A stretch of DNA of 64,000 nt from Candidatus Binatia bacterium (GCA_963664015.2 CAXXLF010000002.1:1696001-1760000), one strand, 5' to 3'; positions 30,630 through 41,157 are shown, counted from the first letter of the stretch. Program-made: numbers and translations. Notes: generated by a model from the letters alone, not told the origin.

Positions 30630-31472
30630 TTAGATGCCAAACAGGGCGTGGGCGTTGTGGCTGCTGGCCGTGGCAATCTCGTCGGTTGCTAGCCCCTTGA
30701 CGGTGGCAATCACTTCCGCCACCTGGCGCACAAAGGCAGGTTCGTTGCGTTTGCCACGATGGGGAACGGGGGCAAGGTAAGGAGAGTCTGTCTCCACCAG
30801 AATTCGGTCCATGGGGACCCTTTGGACCACCTCTCGCAACGGCGCGGCGTTCTTGAAGGTAATGATACCAGTAAAGGAGAGGTAGAAGCCTAGATCCAAA
30901 AAGGTCTGGGCCGCATCCCAATCGCCGGTAAAGCAGTGAATTACACCCCTGAGACGACCCTCCCCTTCGTTACGGATCAAAGCGGCAGCCTTCCGATGGG
31001 CATCGCGGACGTGCACAACAAGGGGGAGATCCACGCCGCGGGCCATATGAATAAACTCGATGAAAACCCTCTCTTGAACGTCATGGGGAGAATGGTCGTA
31101 ATAGAAGTCCAAGCCGGTTTCTCCCACGGCCACGACCTTGGAATCCTCCGTTAGCCTCTTCAAGCGATCCAGGTCATCCGGGCTAACGTCGCGGGCGTCG
31201 TGGGGATGCATCCCGACAGTGGCAAAGAGCCCCGGGTAACGCCCACACAGCTCCAAACCGGTCTCATTAGTAGATAGCGGACCGGCACCGCCAACGACGA
31301 TAATTTTTTCTACCCCGGCGCTTTTCGCCCGTTGGATGACCTGATCCACATCCTCCATGAACTCTTCAGATTGAATATGGCAATGGGTGTCAATCAGAGA
31401 AGCCCTCGGTTCGTCTGGGTTGTCCATTTTATTCATTTCGTCTGCTGGGTCTATTGGGTCATGCCCTGTCAT
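30630..31472 (-). CDS. tatD: TatD-family DNase (start uncertain)
   Basis: IDTHCH, GMHPH, VGETGLD, HCFTG, ETDSPYLAP and HRGKRNEP. Confidence 0.93.
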   Translation of the reverse strand: MTGHDPIDPADEMNKMDNPDEPRASLIDTHCHIQSEEFMEDVDQVIQRAKSAGVEKIIVVGGAGPLSTNETGLELCGRYPGLFATVGMHPHDARDVSPDDLDRLKRLTEDSKVVAVGETGLDFYYDHSPHDVQERVFIEFIHMARGVDLPLVVHVRDAHRKAAALIRNEGEGRLRGVIHCFTGDWDAAQTFLDLGFYLSFTGIITFKNAAPLREVVQRVPMDRILVETDSPYLAPVPHRGKRNEPAFVRQVAEVIATVKGLATDEIATASSHNAHALFGI

Positions 31473-31524
31473 TGGGTTTTTAAACTCAACGAAATAGACC
31501 AAACGAGCCCATAGACAAGATAGA

Positions 31525-33054
31525 CTAGCTTGTCTCGATCCTCGGAAAGAGGACCTTGGGCGGATTGACCTGATGGTCGGGTTGGAAGAGGGAACCCCAA
31601 GGGATATCAGCAGTGGCCTTGTTCTCGGGAAGTGCCAGCAGGGAACGAATCTCACTGGCCGTCTCGGGGAGAAAGGGGGTCAGGAAATCGGACGTCATGC
31701 GCAGCGATTCCAGGAGATGGTGCAGGATCTCACCGACCCTTTTGTGCTTTTCCGGATCCTTCATCAGGACAAAAGGTGAGGTCTGGACGACATACTGATT
31801 GGTCCGGTCCAAGGCCCCCCAGATCGATTCCAAGGCCCGGTGAAAATAGAGGCCCCCCATATGTCGCTGGATATCCCGACCGACCTGTAAAAAGCAATCC
31901 CGGAGTTTGAGATCTTCCGCGGCCCATGAGCCGCTCAACGGCTGAACCTTGCTACTGAAGTACTTCTTCTGCATGGCTAGGACTCGACTGACCAAGTTAC
32001 CGAGATTATTGGCCAGGTCCGCGTTGACCCGGGTAATAAAAGCGTCGAAGGAAAAGGCCGCATCCTGACCAAAGACCATATCGCGCAGTAAGAAGTACCT
32101 GAAGGCATCCATACCGAAGCGCTCTTTCATCTCCAGCGGACGTACCACATTACCCAGGCTCTTGGACATCTTTCCTGATTCCATGATCCAGTATCCATGG
32201 ACATCGAGGTGTTCGTAGCAGGGGAGGCCCGCCGCCATCAGCATGGTCGGCCAGTAAATCGCATGGGGCTTTAAGATATCCTTGGCGATCAAGTGATTGG
32301 CCTTGGGCCAGTAGGTTTGAAAAACCCGCTCGCCCTTGTATTCCAGGGCGCTCACATAGTTGATCAGGGCGTCGAACCAGACATAGGTCACGTAGTCCGT
32401 GTCAAAGGGAATGGGGATGCCCCACTCCAAACGTGTCCTGGGGCGTGAGATGCACAGATCCCCCAGGGGTTCCCGCAGGAACGCCAGGACTTCCGTCCGA
32501 TAATGCTCCGGACGGATGAAATCCGGATGGGATTGGATATGGTCGAGGAGCTGCTGCTGGTATTTGCCCATACGGAAGAAGTAATTCTTTTCCTGAATAT
32601 ATTCAGGTTTCTTCTGATGGTCCGGACACTTGCCATCGACCAGCTCTTTTTCCGTATAAAAGCGCTCGCACCCAAAGCAGTAAAATCCTCCGTACTCACC
32701 GAAATAGATATCGCCCGTATCGTATATTTTTTGCAGGAGCCTCTGTACCGTTTTCTGATGGTAGGGGTCCGTAGTTCGAATAAAATGATCGTACGAGATA
32801 CCGCAAGCGTCCCAGGTAGAGCGGAAGAGTTCGCTGATCCGATCCGCATACGCCTTGGGTTCCATACCATGCTCTTTGGCCGCCTCAGCAATCTTATCGC
32901 CGTGCTCATCGGTTCCGGTGAGGAAAAAGGTTTCCACACCGCGGCTACTGTAATACCGCTTCAGGGTATCGGCAATGACCGTCGTGTAAGTGTGACCCAG
33001 GTGGGGCTCAGCGTTCACGTAGAAAAGAGGTGTGGTCAGGAAGAAATGACTCAT
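31525..33054 (-). CDS. metG: Methionine--tRNA ligase (short form)
   Basis: YVNAEPHLGH, TGTDEHG, Zn knuckle CFGC...CPDH and KMSKS. Confidence 0.96.
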   Translation of the reverse strand: MSHFFLTTPLFYVNAEPHLGHTYTTVIADTLKRYYSSRGVETFFLTGTDEHGDKIAEAAKEHGMEPKAYADRISELFRSTWDACGISYDHFIRTTDPYHQKTVQRLLQKIYDTGDIYFGEYGGFYCFGCERFYTEKELVDGKCPDHQKKPEYIQEKNYFFRMGKYQQQLLDHIQSHPDFIRPEHYRTEVLAFLREPLGDLCISRPRTRLEWGIPIPFDTDYVTYVWFDALINYVSALEYKGERVFQTYWPKANHLIAKDILKPHAIYWPTMLMAAGLPCYEHLDVHGYWIMESGKMSKSLGNVVRPLEMKERFGMDAFRYFLLRDMVFGQDAAFSFDAFITRVNADLANNLGNLVSRVLAMQKKYFSSKVQPLSGSWAAEDLKLRDCFLQVGRDIQRHMGGLYFHRALESIWGALDRTNQYVVQTSPFVLMKDPEKHKRVGEILHHLLESLRMTSDFLTPFLPETASEIRSLLALPENKATADIPWGSLFQPDHQVNPPKVLFPRIETS

Positions 33055-33073
33055 GATCGATTCTCCACGTAGG

Positions 33074-34072
33074 CTAGTTCCCGTGAGGCGAGTGAGTCAC
33101 CAGGTTGATAAACAAATCCTCCAGGATCAGACGGCGGTTGTAGTTTCGCTGTAGATTCCGCGCGACCCCTTCTAACCGCGACAAAACACCAAGGGTATGA
33201 TTCAACGAAAGCGTGAGGGCCACCTCTCGGATTCTGTCTACCATGTCCCTGTTCTTGATCATGGCTTCAGTGCCGCCAGACTGCTGAACTAGGATATCCC
33301 GGTACCAATCTTTCACCCATTGTAGAAACCGTACGGCCTTTTCCCGGTCCCGCGCCACTTCCTCGGCTAGCACCATAGCCCCTCGCAGGTCGCCCCCGGA
33401 CAGCGAAGAGAATCGCATGATCCATTCCCTGCGTCGGCCCAAGAGCTCCCCAGGATCCGCTGCCAGGGCCTCACCCACACTTCCTCCGGTCACCGCGGCC
33501 ATGACGTTGGCCTGCTCTTCGGACAATCCGTGTCGTTGGATTAGGATACGGGCCGCCTGCTCCACCGGGAGTAAAGGGAAATAGAGACGCAGGCAGCGCG
33601 AAAGCACAGTGGACAAAAGGTTACCGGTGCTATGGTCGATGAGAACGATGAGGGCATCGCCAGGGGGATCCTCGAGGGTCTTCAATAGAGAGTTCTGGGC
33701 GTGGTAGTTCATGAGCCGGGCAGGATCGATAATCGCGACTTTTTTCTTACCCGAAAAGGAACGAAGCTCCATCATCCGCTGCAGATTTCTTATTTGCACG
33801 ATGGTGATTTCCCGCTTGCCCTTTTCCGGGCTGACAACGCGCACATCAGGGTGAGTGCCATCGCCAATGCGCAGGCACTCATCGCACTGCCCGCAGGTAT
33901 CCCCTTCCATCCGGGAGCAATGGAGTGCTGCCGCCAGTGCTAGGGCGACGGTGTTTTTTCCAACCCCGTCGGGGCCGAGAAAAAGATAGGCGTGGTGCAG
34001 ACGGTCCCGTTCCAACGCCCTTTTCAGGGTCATAATCTGTTTTTGATGTGCGATGATATCCGAGAAAACCAT
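33074..34072 (-). CDS. holB: DNA polymerase III subunit delta'
   Basis: HAYLF.GPDGVGK, CGQCDEC, HPDV, NSLLKTLEDP and SRC; adjacent to tmk. Confidence 0.93.
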   Translation of the reverse strand: MVFSDIIAHQKQIMTLKRALERDRLHHAYLFLGPDGVGKNTVALALAAALHCSRMEGDTCGQCDECLRIGDGTHPDVRVVSPEKGKREITIVQIRNLQRMMELRSFSGKKKVAIIDPARLMNYHAQNSLLKTLEDPPGDALIVLIDHSTGNLLSTVLSRCLRLYFPLLPVEQAARILIQRHGLSEEQANVMAAVTGGSVGEALAADPGELLGRRREWIMRFSSLSGGDLRGAMVLAEEVARDREKAVRFLQWVKDWYRDILVQQSGGTEAMIKNRDMVDRIREVALTLSLNHTLGVLSRLEGVARNLQRNYNRRLILEDLFINLVTHSPHGN

Positions 34073-34086
34073 GGTTCTAAAAGGCT

Positions 34087-34160
34087 AATAGTAAATTGCC
34101 AATGGCGAACGGGCTCCGTTTCCACCCACATACAGAGTTTACCATTTGCTATTTACTATT
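34087..34160. repeat. Heptamer-built palindrome between tmk and holB
   Basis: AATAGTAAATTGCCAATGGCGAAC versus GTTTACCATTTGCTATTTACTATT (20/24 complementary). Confidence 0.7.
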
Positions 34161-34169
34161 TGCCATTCG

Positions 34170-34811
34170 CTAGCCGAGTATTTCGTCCACAACCTTCTTG
34201 ATCTGCTCATGCACGACTTCTTTCGGAGCCGATGAATCGAGCACCACGATACGCCCCGGCTCGAGGCGTGCCAGCTCCAAAAAGCCGCGCCGCACCCTTT
34301 TATGAAATTCCAGACTCTCACTCTCGAAACGGTCTTTGGCTACGACCCCCGAGTTCTCTGCGGCGCTTCTTTTATGGGCTCGCCCCAGAGAGATCTCCGG
34401 CATACAGTCCAGCAAGAAGGTCAGGTCCGGTTCGATGCCTCCGCTGGCTAGGTGGTTCATGCGGCGGAGCAACTCCAGATCCACTCCGCGCCCATAGCCC
34501 TGGTAAGCGAGGGTTGAGTCGGTGAAGCGGTCGCATAGGATAAGCTGCCCTTTTTCCCGCGCCGGCGCAAGGACCTCACGAACATGCTGGGCCCGGTCAG
34601 CCAGGTAGAGAAAGAGCTCGGTTTGCATTGCGATCTCCTCTCGGATTCCTTCTATAAGTACCCGGCGGATGGTTTTTCCCAGCTCAGTTCCGCCGGGTTC
34701 ATGGGTGATCACACTGGACTTGCCTTGGCTGGCCAGATGGGCCTGAAGCAACTTCAACTGGGTGGTTTTTCCCGAGCCGTCACCACCCTCAAATGAAATT
34801 AATTGAATCAT
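34170..34811 (-). CDS. tmk: Thymidylate kinase
   Basis: FEGGDGSGKTTQ, EPGGT and CDRFTDSTLAYQGYGRG. Confidence 0.96.
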   Translation of the reverse strand: MIQLISFEGGDGSGKTTQLKLLQAHLASQGKSSVITHEPGGTELGKTIRRVLIEGIREEIAMQTELFLYLADRAQHVREVLAPAREKGQLILCDRFTDSTLAYQGYGRGVDLELLRRMNHLASGGIEPDLTFLLDCMPEISLGRAHKRSAAENSGVVAKDRFESESLEFHKRVRRGFLELARLEPGRIVVLDSSAPKEVVHEQIKKVVDEILG

Positions 34812-34932
34812 TGAAACCGAATGGACATGAACAGTCGCGAGCGAACGAATGGGGGGGGAGGAGGAGAATCAGCACGAAATGCAGAGTCTGCCGATCTACT
34901 CTCTTGCCTCCCCCAGGAGGAGATTGATCCCG

Positions 34933-36471
34933 TTAAACAAGTGGTACCCTCCCCCTCTCACTATAATATACTCTTCTGCCTGTAAAAATAAAATAGACCC
35001 TGGCCGTGGAGGAGAGATTTTGATTTATATAACTGATAGCCCGATGGCCTGGCACCATGCGCGTTAAGAAACCCTCTCGCGTCTCCTTGCCACTGAGATA
35101 GTCCAGTGGCGACACCGATTGATAGTATTTCGCCAAGTAGACCCCGTTCCAGGCCACCAACAAGAGGATCCCTGCAACCAGGATCCAGAGACGACCAATC
35201 CTCAAGTAGAGATTATGGACCCCATAGACGAGTAGAATCACCAACGGGGCAATGATGGGGAGGAGATAGCGGATACGCATCTCCACCAAAAAAACGGCAT
35301 AAAGGAGGTAAAAAAGCGAGAAGGCGAAAAACAGCCACTTTTCCTCGGCCCACTTGCCCTTGAACGCCCAGGGCAGAAACAAGACAAGCATCGGGTTCAA
35401 AACACCATCAAAATACTGGGGGCTGTTGTCGCGGCCGAAAAAAAATATCCGGAGCGGCAAAGCCGCCATTTGCCACCAGCTCTCTCCGTATAGCAACCCG
35501 CGCTTCGTCCAGATGGTGATCGCTCCACCACCACTGCCTCCGCCACCACCGGCTGCACCAAACAAACCTTGAAAGGCGGGAAACAACGGATTGCCCGTTT
35601 CAACCAGGTTCTTGATCGCCCAGGGCGCAAAGGGCACGAGGGCCAGGAAGGTAAACAGTGCCGTCCATCCCAACATCTTAGTCCTCTCGTCCTGCTGGTT
35701 CCGTGCGAGCATGAAGAGGAGTACGAAACCGAGCACGAAGGCGATCAACATGCCATTGGGTTGAGTTGCAAGCGTGAAGCCGGTACAAAGACCGGCCATA
35801 ATCATCCAGCGAATCTCCCTGGACTCATTCCACCGGAGCAGACAAAGAAGGGCGGCCAACCCATAAAACGTCAATCCGAGGTCTACGTAAGCCCAGTTCA
35901 TCAGGCGGAGGATGGCCGGTGTCGAGACGAAGAAGAAAAAACCGAGTAGGCCGTAGATGGGGCTGAGCCGCCGTGCAAGATATGCAAAGAGCAGCACGCC
36001 GGTCAGGGCACCAAACAGTCCATGAATAAGTTTGGGGGTAAAATCCCATGGGGTCGTGGCAAAAGGCGTATAGAGCATGTCGAGGAGCATGGGGTAATAG
36101 GAATAGGGGACAAAGGGAATCTCGTAGATTTTTCCAGCCTCCACGTAGAGCTTGGGGATGGCCAGGTGATGATTGAGAGCATCGCGGCTCCACGGGGGAA
36201 CCAGACCTAACACCACTTCGGTAACCAGGAGTACCAAAATCAAAAGCCATAGGAGCGTTCCCAAACGGGACCTCTCACGTAATTGAGTCCCAAAAAAATA
36301 GAGGAAGACGAAGGCGGCCAGGAGTGAGGCAGCGACGTTCGTGCCATTAAGCAGGGGATGCGAAAGATACCCGCTTAATCCTGCAAGATAATAGAGCGTT
36401 GCGACCAGACCCAAGAAACAGCCCAGGAGACAGGTCCGGTACAGGAGAAGGGAGAAACGTTCGGGTGGCAT
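34933..36471 (-). CDS. GT-C fold polytopic membrane glycosyltransferase (ArnT/PMT-like); C-terminus possibly truncated
   Basis: Many TM segments; D.L.HHLAIPK, YYPMLLDMLY, AYVDLG, TGNPLFP and RYLLP motifs. Confidence 0.65.
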   Translation of the reverse strand: MPPERFSLLLYRTCLLGCFLGLVATLYYLAGLSGYLSHPLLNGTNVAASLLAAFVFLYFFGTQLRERSRLGTLLWLLILVLLVTEVVLGLVPPWSRDALNHHLAIPKLYVEAGKIYEIPFVPYSYYPMLLDMLYTPFATTPWDFTPKLIHGLFGALTGVLLFAYLARRLSPIYGLLGFFFFVSTPAILRLMNWAYVDLGLTFYGLAALLCLLRWNESREIRWMIMAGLCTGFTLATQPNGMLIAFVLGFVLLFMLARNQQDERTKMLGWTALFTFLALVPFAPWAIKNLVETGNPLFPAFQGLFGAAGGGGGSGGGAITIWTKRGLLYGESWWQMAALPLRIFFFGRDNSPQYFDGVLNPMLVLFLPWAFKGKWAEEKWLFFAFSLFYLLYAVFLVEMRIRYLLPIIAPLVILLVYGVHNLYLRIGRLWILVAGILLLVAWNGVYLAKYYQSVSPLDYLSGKETREGFLTRMVPGHRAISYINQNLSSTARVYFIFTGRRVYYSERGRVPLV

Positions 36472-36476
36472 GACCT

Positions 36477-37589
36477 CTACCGGTCTCTGCGCTTGAGCCA
36501 ACTCGCGATCAGCGGGAAGACCTCCTCCTTTGCCGTTTTACCCAGGATTAGGTCGTAGTGACCGTAGGCCGCGGTATCTTTGGGGCGGGAACCGAAGATC
36601 CTACGGGCCCGGTCCTTAGATTTGATGGCACGGTAAGTCGCCCGCAGAGAGCTCGGATGGGCCACGGCATCTTTTTCACCTCCAATAAGGAGGATCGGGA
36701 CACGCAGCTTGGCAAGGTTTTTCCGATAATTGTATTCCCCATCGTGCGAGACAAACTCACCCTTGCGGATAATTGTCGTAACATGGTCCAGGACTCCGGC
36801 ATTGACAGGGGCAAGCGCCAACTCCAACAGTCGTTCTTTCACCTTCGGATCTATGTTTTCCGGGTTTAGGAAAAATTCCTCGACCTTGGGAATCATAGGG
36901 ATGAGCGTCCGCCCGACAAAGGGGCCATCCAGATAGAGTAACAGTTTCCGCCAATTAGGGCTCTTCTGGAGATCTATTAGGCGTTTCATAGGCTCCTGTT
37001 CAGCGTGGTTGAAGGTTACCGGGGCACCAATGGTGACCAGGGCTCCAAGGCCTAACTTGCTTGGGTATTTTTGCGCGAAGCCGTAAAGGAGAAGTCCCCC
37101 CATTTCAAATCCGACCCAGTTGACCCTGGGGCTCCCGCTGTTCTTTTGCACATAGGCGATTACCGCTGCTATATCGTCGCGGATAATATCATCCAGATTC
37201 CATCGCTTGGATCCTGCCCCCAAGGGGTTCAGGCTCCGGCCCGTACCCCGGAGCGAAAGGTTCCATACGTCGAAACCTTCTCGCGCGAGATACTTGGCCA
37301 AACTAGTCTCATCGGTCAGGTTCATAAACCGGCTGTTGACCAGAAACCCGTGACTCAGCACGACTGGGGTGCGCTGGCGCGGTTCCTTTAGCCGAATCCT
37401 TTCCATGGCGAGCTCAAACTTCTGCTCGGTCACTGCCCAGTGGTTTTTCTCTAAAAGGAACGAAGATTCCGCGGCCCATATGCCGATAGGAAAGGAAATA
37501 AGGAATAGAAAGAGAAAGCGTAGGGATGTTACAGGAAACACTTCCGCATTATAGGAACCAGACCCGTAATCTGTCAATTTATTTTCCAC
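36477..37589 (-). CDS. Exported alpha/beta-hydrolase-fold protein (PHA-synthase/lipase-like) with an atypical nucleophile elbow
   Basis: Signal-like segment, PVVLSHG, GFDVW..LRGTGRS, WVGFEMGG, GGEKD and YGHYDLILG. Confidence 0.75.
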   Translation of the reverse strand: MENKLTDYGSGSYNAEVFPVTSLRFLFLFLISFPIGIWAAESSFLLEKNHWAVTEQKFELAMERIRLKEPRQRTPVVLSHGFLVNSRFMNLTDETSLAKYLAREGFDVWNLSLRGTGRSLNPLGAGSKRWNLDDIIRDDIAAVIAYVQKNSGSPRVNWVGFEMGGLLLYGFAQKYPSKLGLGALVTIGAPVTFNHAEQEPMKRLIDLQKSPNWRKLLLYLDGPFVGRTLIPMIPKVEEFFLNPENIDPKVKERLLELALAPVNAGVLDHVTTIIRKGEFVSHDGEYNYRKNLAKLRVPILLIGGEKDAVAHPSSLRATYRAIKSKDRARRIFGSRPKDTAAYGHYDLILGKTAKEEVFPLIASWLKRRDR

Positions 37590-37659
37590 GGCTAGCGTTG
37601 CATTTTCAATGAACCAAGATCATATTGTGTTCCAATCACAACTTGTTAAGATCGCTTTC

Positions 37660-39036
37660 ATGTACAAGGAAGATACCATCGCTGCAGTAGCAACCCCTCC
37701 CGGTGAAGGCGGTGTTGCTATCGTAAGGATTAGTGGTCCTGAGGCTGAACAGGTTGCCAAGACCATTTTCCATCCCAGCAGTGGCAAGAATGGGGGGTTC
37801 GAATCGCATCGCCTGCATCATGGGACCATTCGTGACCCGATCAGCAGTGAGGTCCTCGACGAGGTATTGACCACCATGATGCGACGGCCAAGGAGCTATA
37901 CGGGCGAGGATGTTGTTGAGGTTCACTGCCACGGTGGCCCATTTTTAGCCCGTCGAATCCTGGAGCTGGTGCTGTCCTGTGGCATACGCCACGCCGAAGC
38001 TGGGGAGTTCACCAAGAGGGCCTTTTTGAACGGGCGTTTGGATCTCACGCAGGCGGAGGCCGTCGCTGACCTGATTCGAGCACGTACTGACAAGGCGGTG
38101 CGGCTAGCCGCCGGGCAAGTTCAGGGAGGAATATCCAAATGGGTCGCTGCTCTACGTGCAGAACTAGTTGAAATACTTGTTCAAATAGAAGCGGCCATCG
38201 ACTTCCCCGAAGAGGAAATCGAGCTGCTAGCGCGTCAGGCATTGGCAGGAAAGGCAGAGGCGCTGAGAGATAGAATAAGAACAATTACAGGGACATACGA
38301 GTGGGGGAGGCTGTTTCGCGATGGCGCTAAGGTATGCATTGCGGGTCGCCCCAACGTGGGAAAATCGAGTCTTCTGAATGCCCTGCTTGGTGAAAAAAGG
38401 GTAATTGTTACGTCTACTCCCGGGACAACCAGGGATTTCATCGAGGAATCCTTAAATCTTGACGGGCTCCCCCTAGCCCTCTGGGACACGGCTGGCATTC
38501 GTGAAGGCGAGAATGAGGCTGAAAAGATGGGTATTCAGATCTCTCTGGAGAGGATCAAAGAGGCCCATGGAATTATTGTGTTACTTGACGGCTCCGAGCC
38601 CCTCACCCCAGAAGACCGTTTCTTATTCGGACAGGTTTTAGACAGAAAAGGCATGATAGTCATTAATAAATCAGACCTTACCCAGGTACTTGATTTAAAG
38701 CAGATCCATACGATGGCACCAGATAAAGAAGTAATCTCTATCTCTGCGAAGGCGGGAAGCGGTATCGATGAATTGAAGTTTCGCATGCGCACCCTATTAA
38801 TAGGTGAGGAACCAGAATCTGAAGTTGTTGTAACCAACCTCCGCCATAAAACGGCTTTGGAAAAAGCCCAGCATAGCCTGACTGAGGCTCTTCAGGGACT
38901 TGAGTCTGGGATCCCTCCAGAAATGGTGGCAGTGGACCTTCAAGAGACGAGGTACTATCTTGAAGAAGTGATTGGAATCGTTACAAATGACGACATTTTA
39001 GGGGAGATATTTAGTCAGTTTTGTATCGGTAAATGA
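37660..39036 (+). CDS. mnmE: tRNA modification GTPase MnmE
   Basis: DTIAAVATP, GEFTKRAFLNG, GRPNVGKSS, DTAG, NKSD and terminal FCIGK. Confidence 0.97.
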   Translation: MYKEDTIAAVATPPGEGGVAIVRISGPEAEQVAKTIFHPSSGKNGGFESHRLHHGTIRDPISSEVLDEVLTTMMRRPRSYTGEDVVEVHCHGGPFLARRILELVLSCGIRHAEAGEFTKRAFLNGRLDLTQAEAVADLIRARTDKAVRLAAGQVQGGISKWVAALRAELVEILVQIEAAIDFPEEEIELLARQALAGKAEALRDRIRTITGTYEWGRLFRDGAKVCIAGRPNVGKSSLLNALLGEKRVIVTSTPGTTRDFIEESLNLDGLPLALWDTAGIREGENEAEKMGIQISLERIKEAHGIIVLLDGSEPLTPEDRFLFGQVLDRKGMIVINKSDLTQVLDLKQIHTMAPDKEVISISAKAGSGIDELKFRMRTLLIGEEPESEVVVTNLRHKTALEKAQHSLTEALQGLESGIPPEMVAVDLQETRYYLEEVIGIVTNDDILGEIFSQFCIGK

Positions 39037-39041
39037 AGCTA

Positions 39042-39161
39042 CCGCGGGCTTCCGCCCGTGGCAACCTTCCTTATCTTCGGCGGAATCCGCCGAAGCAGCC
39101 GCTTTGGCTGCGAAGAGTACGCTTGGAACTCCAGCCATCGCCGACCGTAGTCGGCTATGGC
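39042..39161. repeat. Cluster of four short GC-rich REP-like palindromes
   Basis: CCGCGGGC-TTCC-GCCCGTGG; CTTCGGCGGA-A-TCCGCCGAAG; GCAGCC-GCTTT-GGCTGC; GCCATCGCCGAC-CGTA-GTCGGCTATGGC. Confidence 0.65.
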
Positions 39162-39259
39162 CAACGGAAGTTGGAGGGTCTGTCAATCGCATTCATCCGT
39201 GGCCTACACCAACGGTTCATTTCGAAGATAGATAAAACAGTATCTCAAATATTAAAACA

Positions 39260-39275
39260 TGTTCCACGTGAAACA
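39260..39275. promoter_or_regulatory. parS site
   Basis: TGTTCCACGTGAAACA matches the parS consensus. Confidence 0.88.
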
Positions 39276-39277
39276 AT

Positions 39278-41157
39278 ATGGCTAAACAGGAAAAGATATA
39301 CGACGTCATAGTAGTGGGTGCTGGGCACGCTGGGATCGAGGCTGCGCTTGCAGCCGCACGCATGGGGAGCAAGACCCTCATGCTTACGTTGAATCTTGAC
39401 CATATTGGTCAGATGTCATGCAATCCTGCCATTGGAGGGATCGGAAAGGGTCATCTTGTAAAGGAAATTGACGCACTTGGCGGCGAGATGGCGAAGGCCA
39501 TCGATGAAACGGGAATCCAGTTCCGAGTCCTCAATACTAGAAAAGGACCGGCCGTCCGTGCTTCTAGGGCCCAGGCGGACAAGGCAATGTATCGATCACG
39601 AATGAAACGAGTCATCGAGAACTGCGACCAGCTAGCCTTACGTCAGGGAAGCGTTGAGCGAATCATCGTTGAACAAGGCCGAGCCATAGGTGTGGAAACC
39701 CAAATTGGCGAGATCTTTTTAGGTCAGAAGATTATCCTGACGACAGGTACCTTTTTAAAGGGGCTAATCCATATAGGTGATAAAAACTATTCCGGTGGGA
39801 GGGCGGGTGATTCTGCCGCCCAGGGGTTGAGTGTGTCGCTAAAGGAGTTGGGGTTTGAAATCGGTAGGCTCAAGACCGGCACCTGTCCAAGGCTTGACGG
39901 AAGGACGATCAACAAAGACCGCTTTGAAGCTGCAACATGGGGATCCCCACCCGATTCCCTTCTCTTTTTCTTCCAAGGGGATCACTCAGAAGCAGCTGCC
40001 CTGTTATATTACCTACACCAACAGCCGAACCCATGAAATCATTCGTTCGGCCTTAAACCGCTCCCCCATGTATTCGGGTGTGATCACCAGCCGCGGGCCT
40101 CGATATTGCCCATCCATTGAAGATAAAATCGTCCGTTTTGCCGATAAGGAAAGGCATCAAATCTTTCTGGAGCCGGAGGGTTACGATACGGTTGAGGTCT
40201 ACCCGAACGGTCTTTCCACCAGTCTGCCCCTGGATATACAGGTTGAAATGGTACGTTCTATTGAAGGCCTGGAAAATGCTGAAATTATGAGATCAGGTTA
40301 TGCGATCGAGTATGACTACGTGGAACCGACCCAACTCTATCCTACCTTGGAGACAAAACTGGTAAGGGGACTTTATCACGCTGGTCAGATCAATGGTACA
40401 ACAGGGTACGAAGAAGCGGCAAGCCAGGGGATCATGGCGGCCATCAACGCAGTCCTCAGTTTGAGAGGTCAGGACGCTCTGGTCCTATCACGGGACCAAT
40501 CCTATATAGGGGTTTTAATTGATGATTTAGTGACTAAAGGTACGGATGGAGAGCCCTACCGCATGTTTACTTCCCGTGCTGAATACCGTCTACTCTTGAG
40601 AGAGGACAATGCGGACTTGCGCTTGACTGAGATAGGCTTTCAGGTTGGTCTCCAGTCAGGCGAAAATTACCATCGTACCCTAGAGAAGAAGCGAATTGTT
40701 GAAGAGACCATTGCTCAATTGAACACCAGGCGTGTGAACCCATCAGGAGCAACCAATAGTCAATTGGTGGTTTTAGGATCAGCCCCATTACGCTCCCCCA
40801 TATCGATGGGCGCAACTGCTCCGTCGTCCTGAGATTTCCTTTTCAGACCTTTCAGCATTTGCATCTGACTTGGCTGATCTGTCCCAAGAGATTAGAATTC
40901 AAATTGAGCTTGAAGTCAAATATAAGGGCTATATTCAACGCCAACTCGAGGGCGTCAGCCGATTTCAACGAATGGAAGATGTGGTTTTACCAGAGAATAT
41001 CGACTATTCGACGGTAGTGGGCCTTTCTCGAGAGGTTTGTGAAAAGCTTACCAAGATCCGTCCGCGCTCTCTCGGCCAAGCCCATAGAATTCCTGGAATC
41101 ACCCCCGCTGCAATGTCTCTCCTATCGATCTATATTAAGAAGAGAAAGCGTGCGTAA
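39278..41157 (+). CDS. mnmG: tRNA uridine 5-carboxymethylaminomethyl modification enzyme MnmG (two frameshifts, probably sequencing indels)
   Basis: [39 protein letters not shown] and IPGITPAA across three frames; shifts in a TTT run (~39923) and a GGG run (~40808). Confidence 0.93.

Noticed and set aside
31473-31655. Extended TatD N-terminus from the ORF track (341 aa)
   Set aside because: Overlaps the metG 3' end by about 130 bp; a start at or after 31472 is more plausible
39033-39311. 92-aa ORF between mnmE and mnmG
   Set aside because: It runs through palindromic repeats and parS (HVPRET is the parS translation); probably spurious
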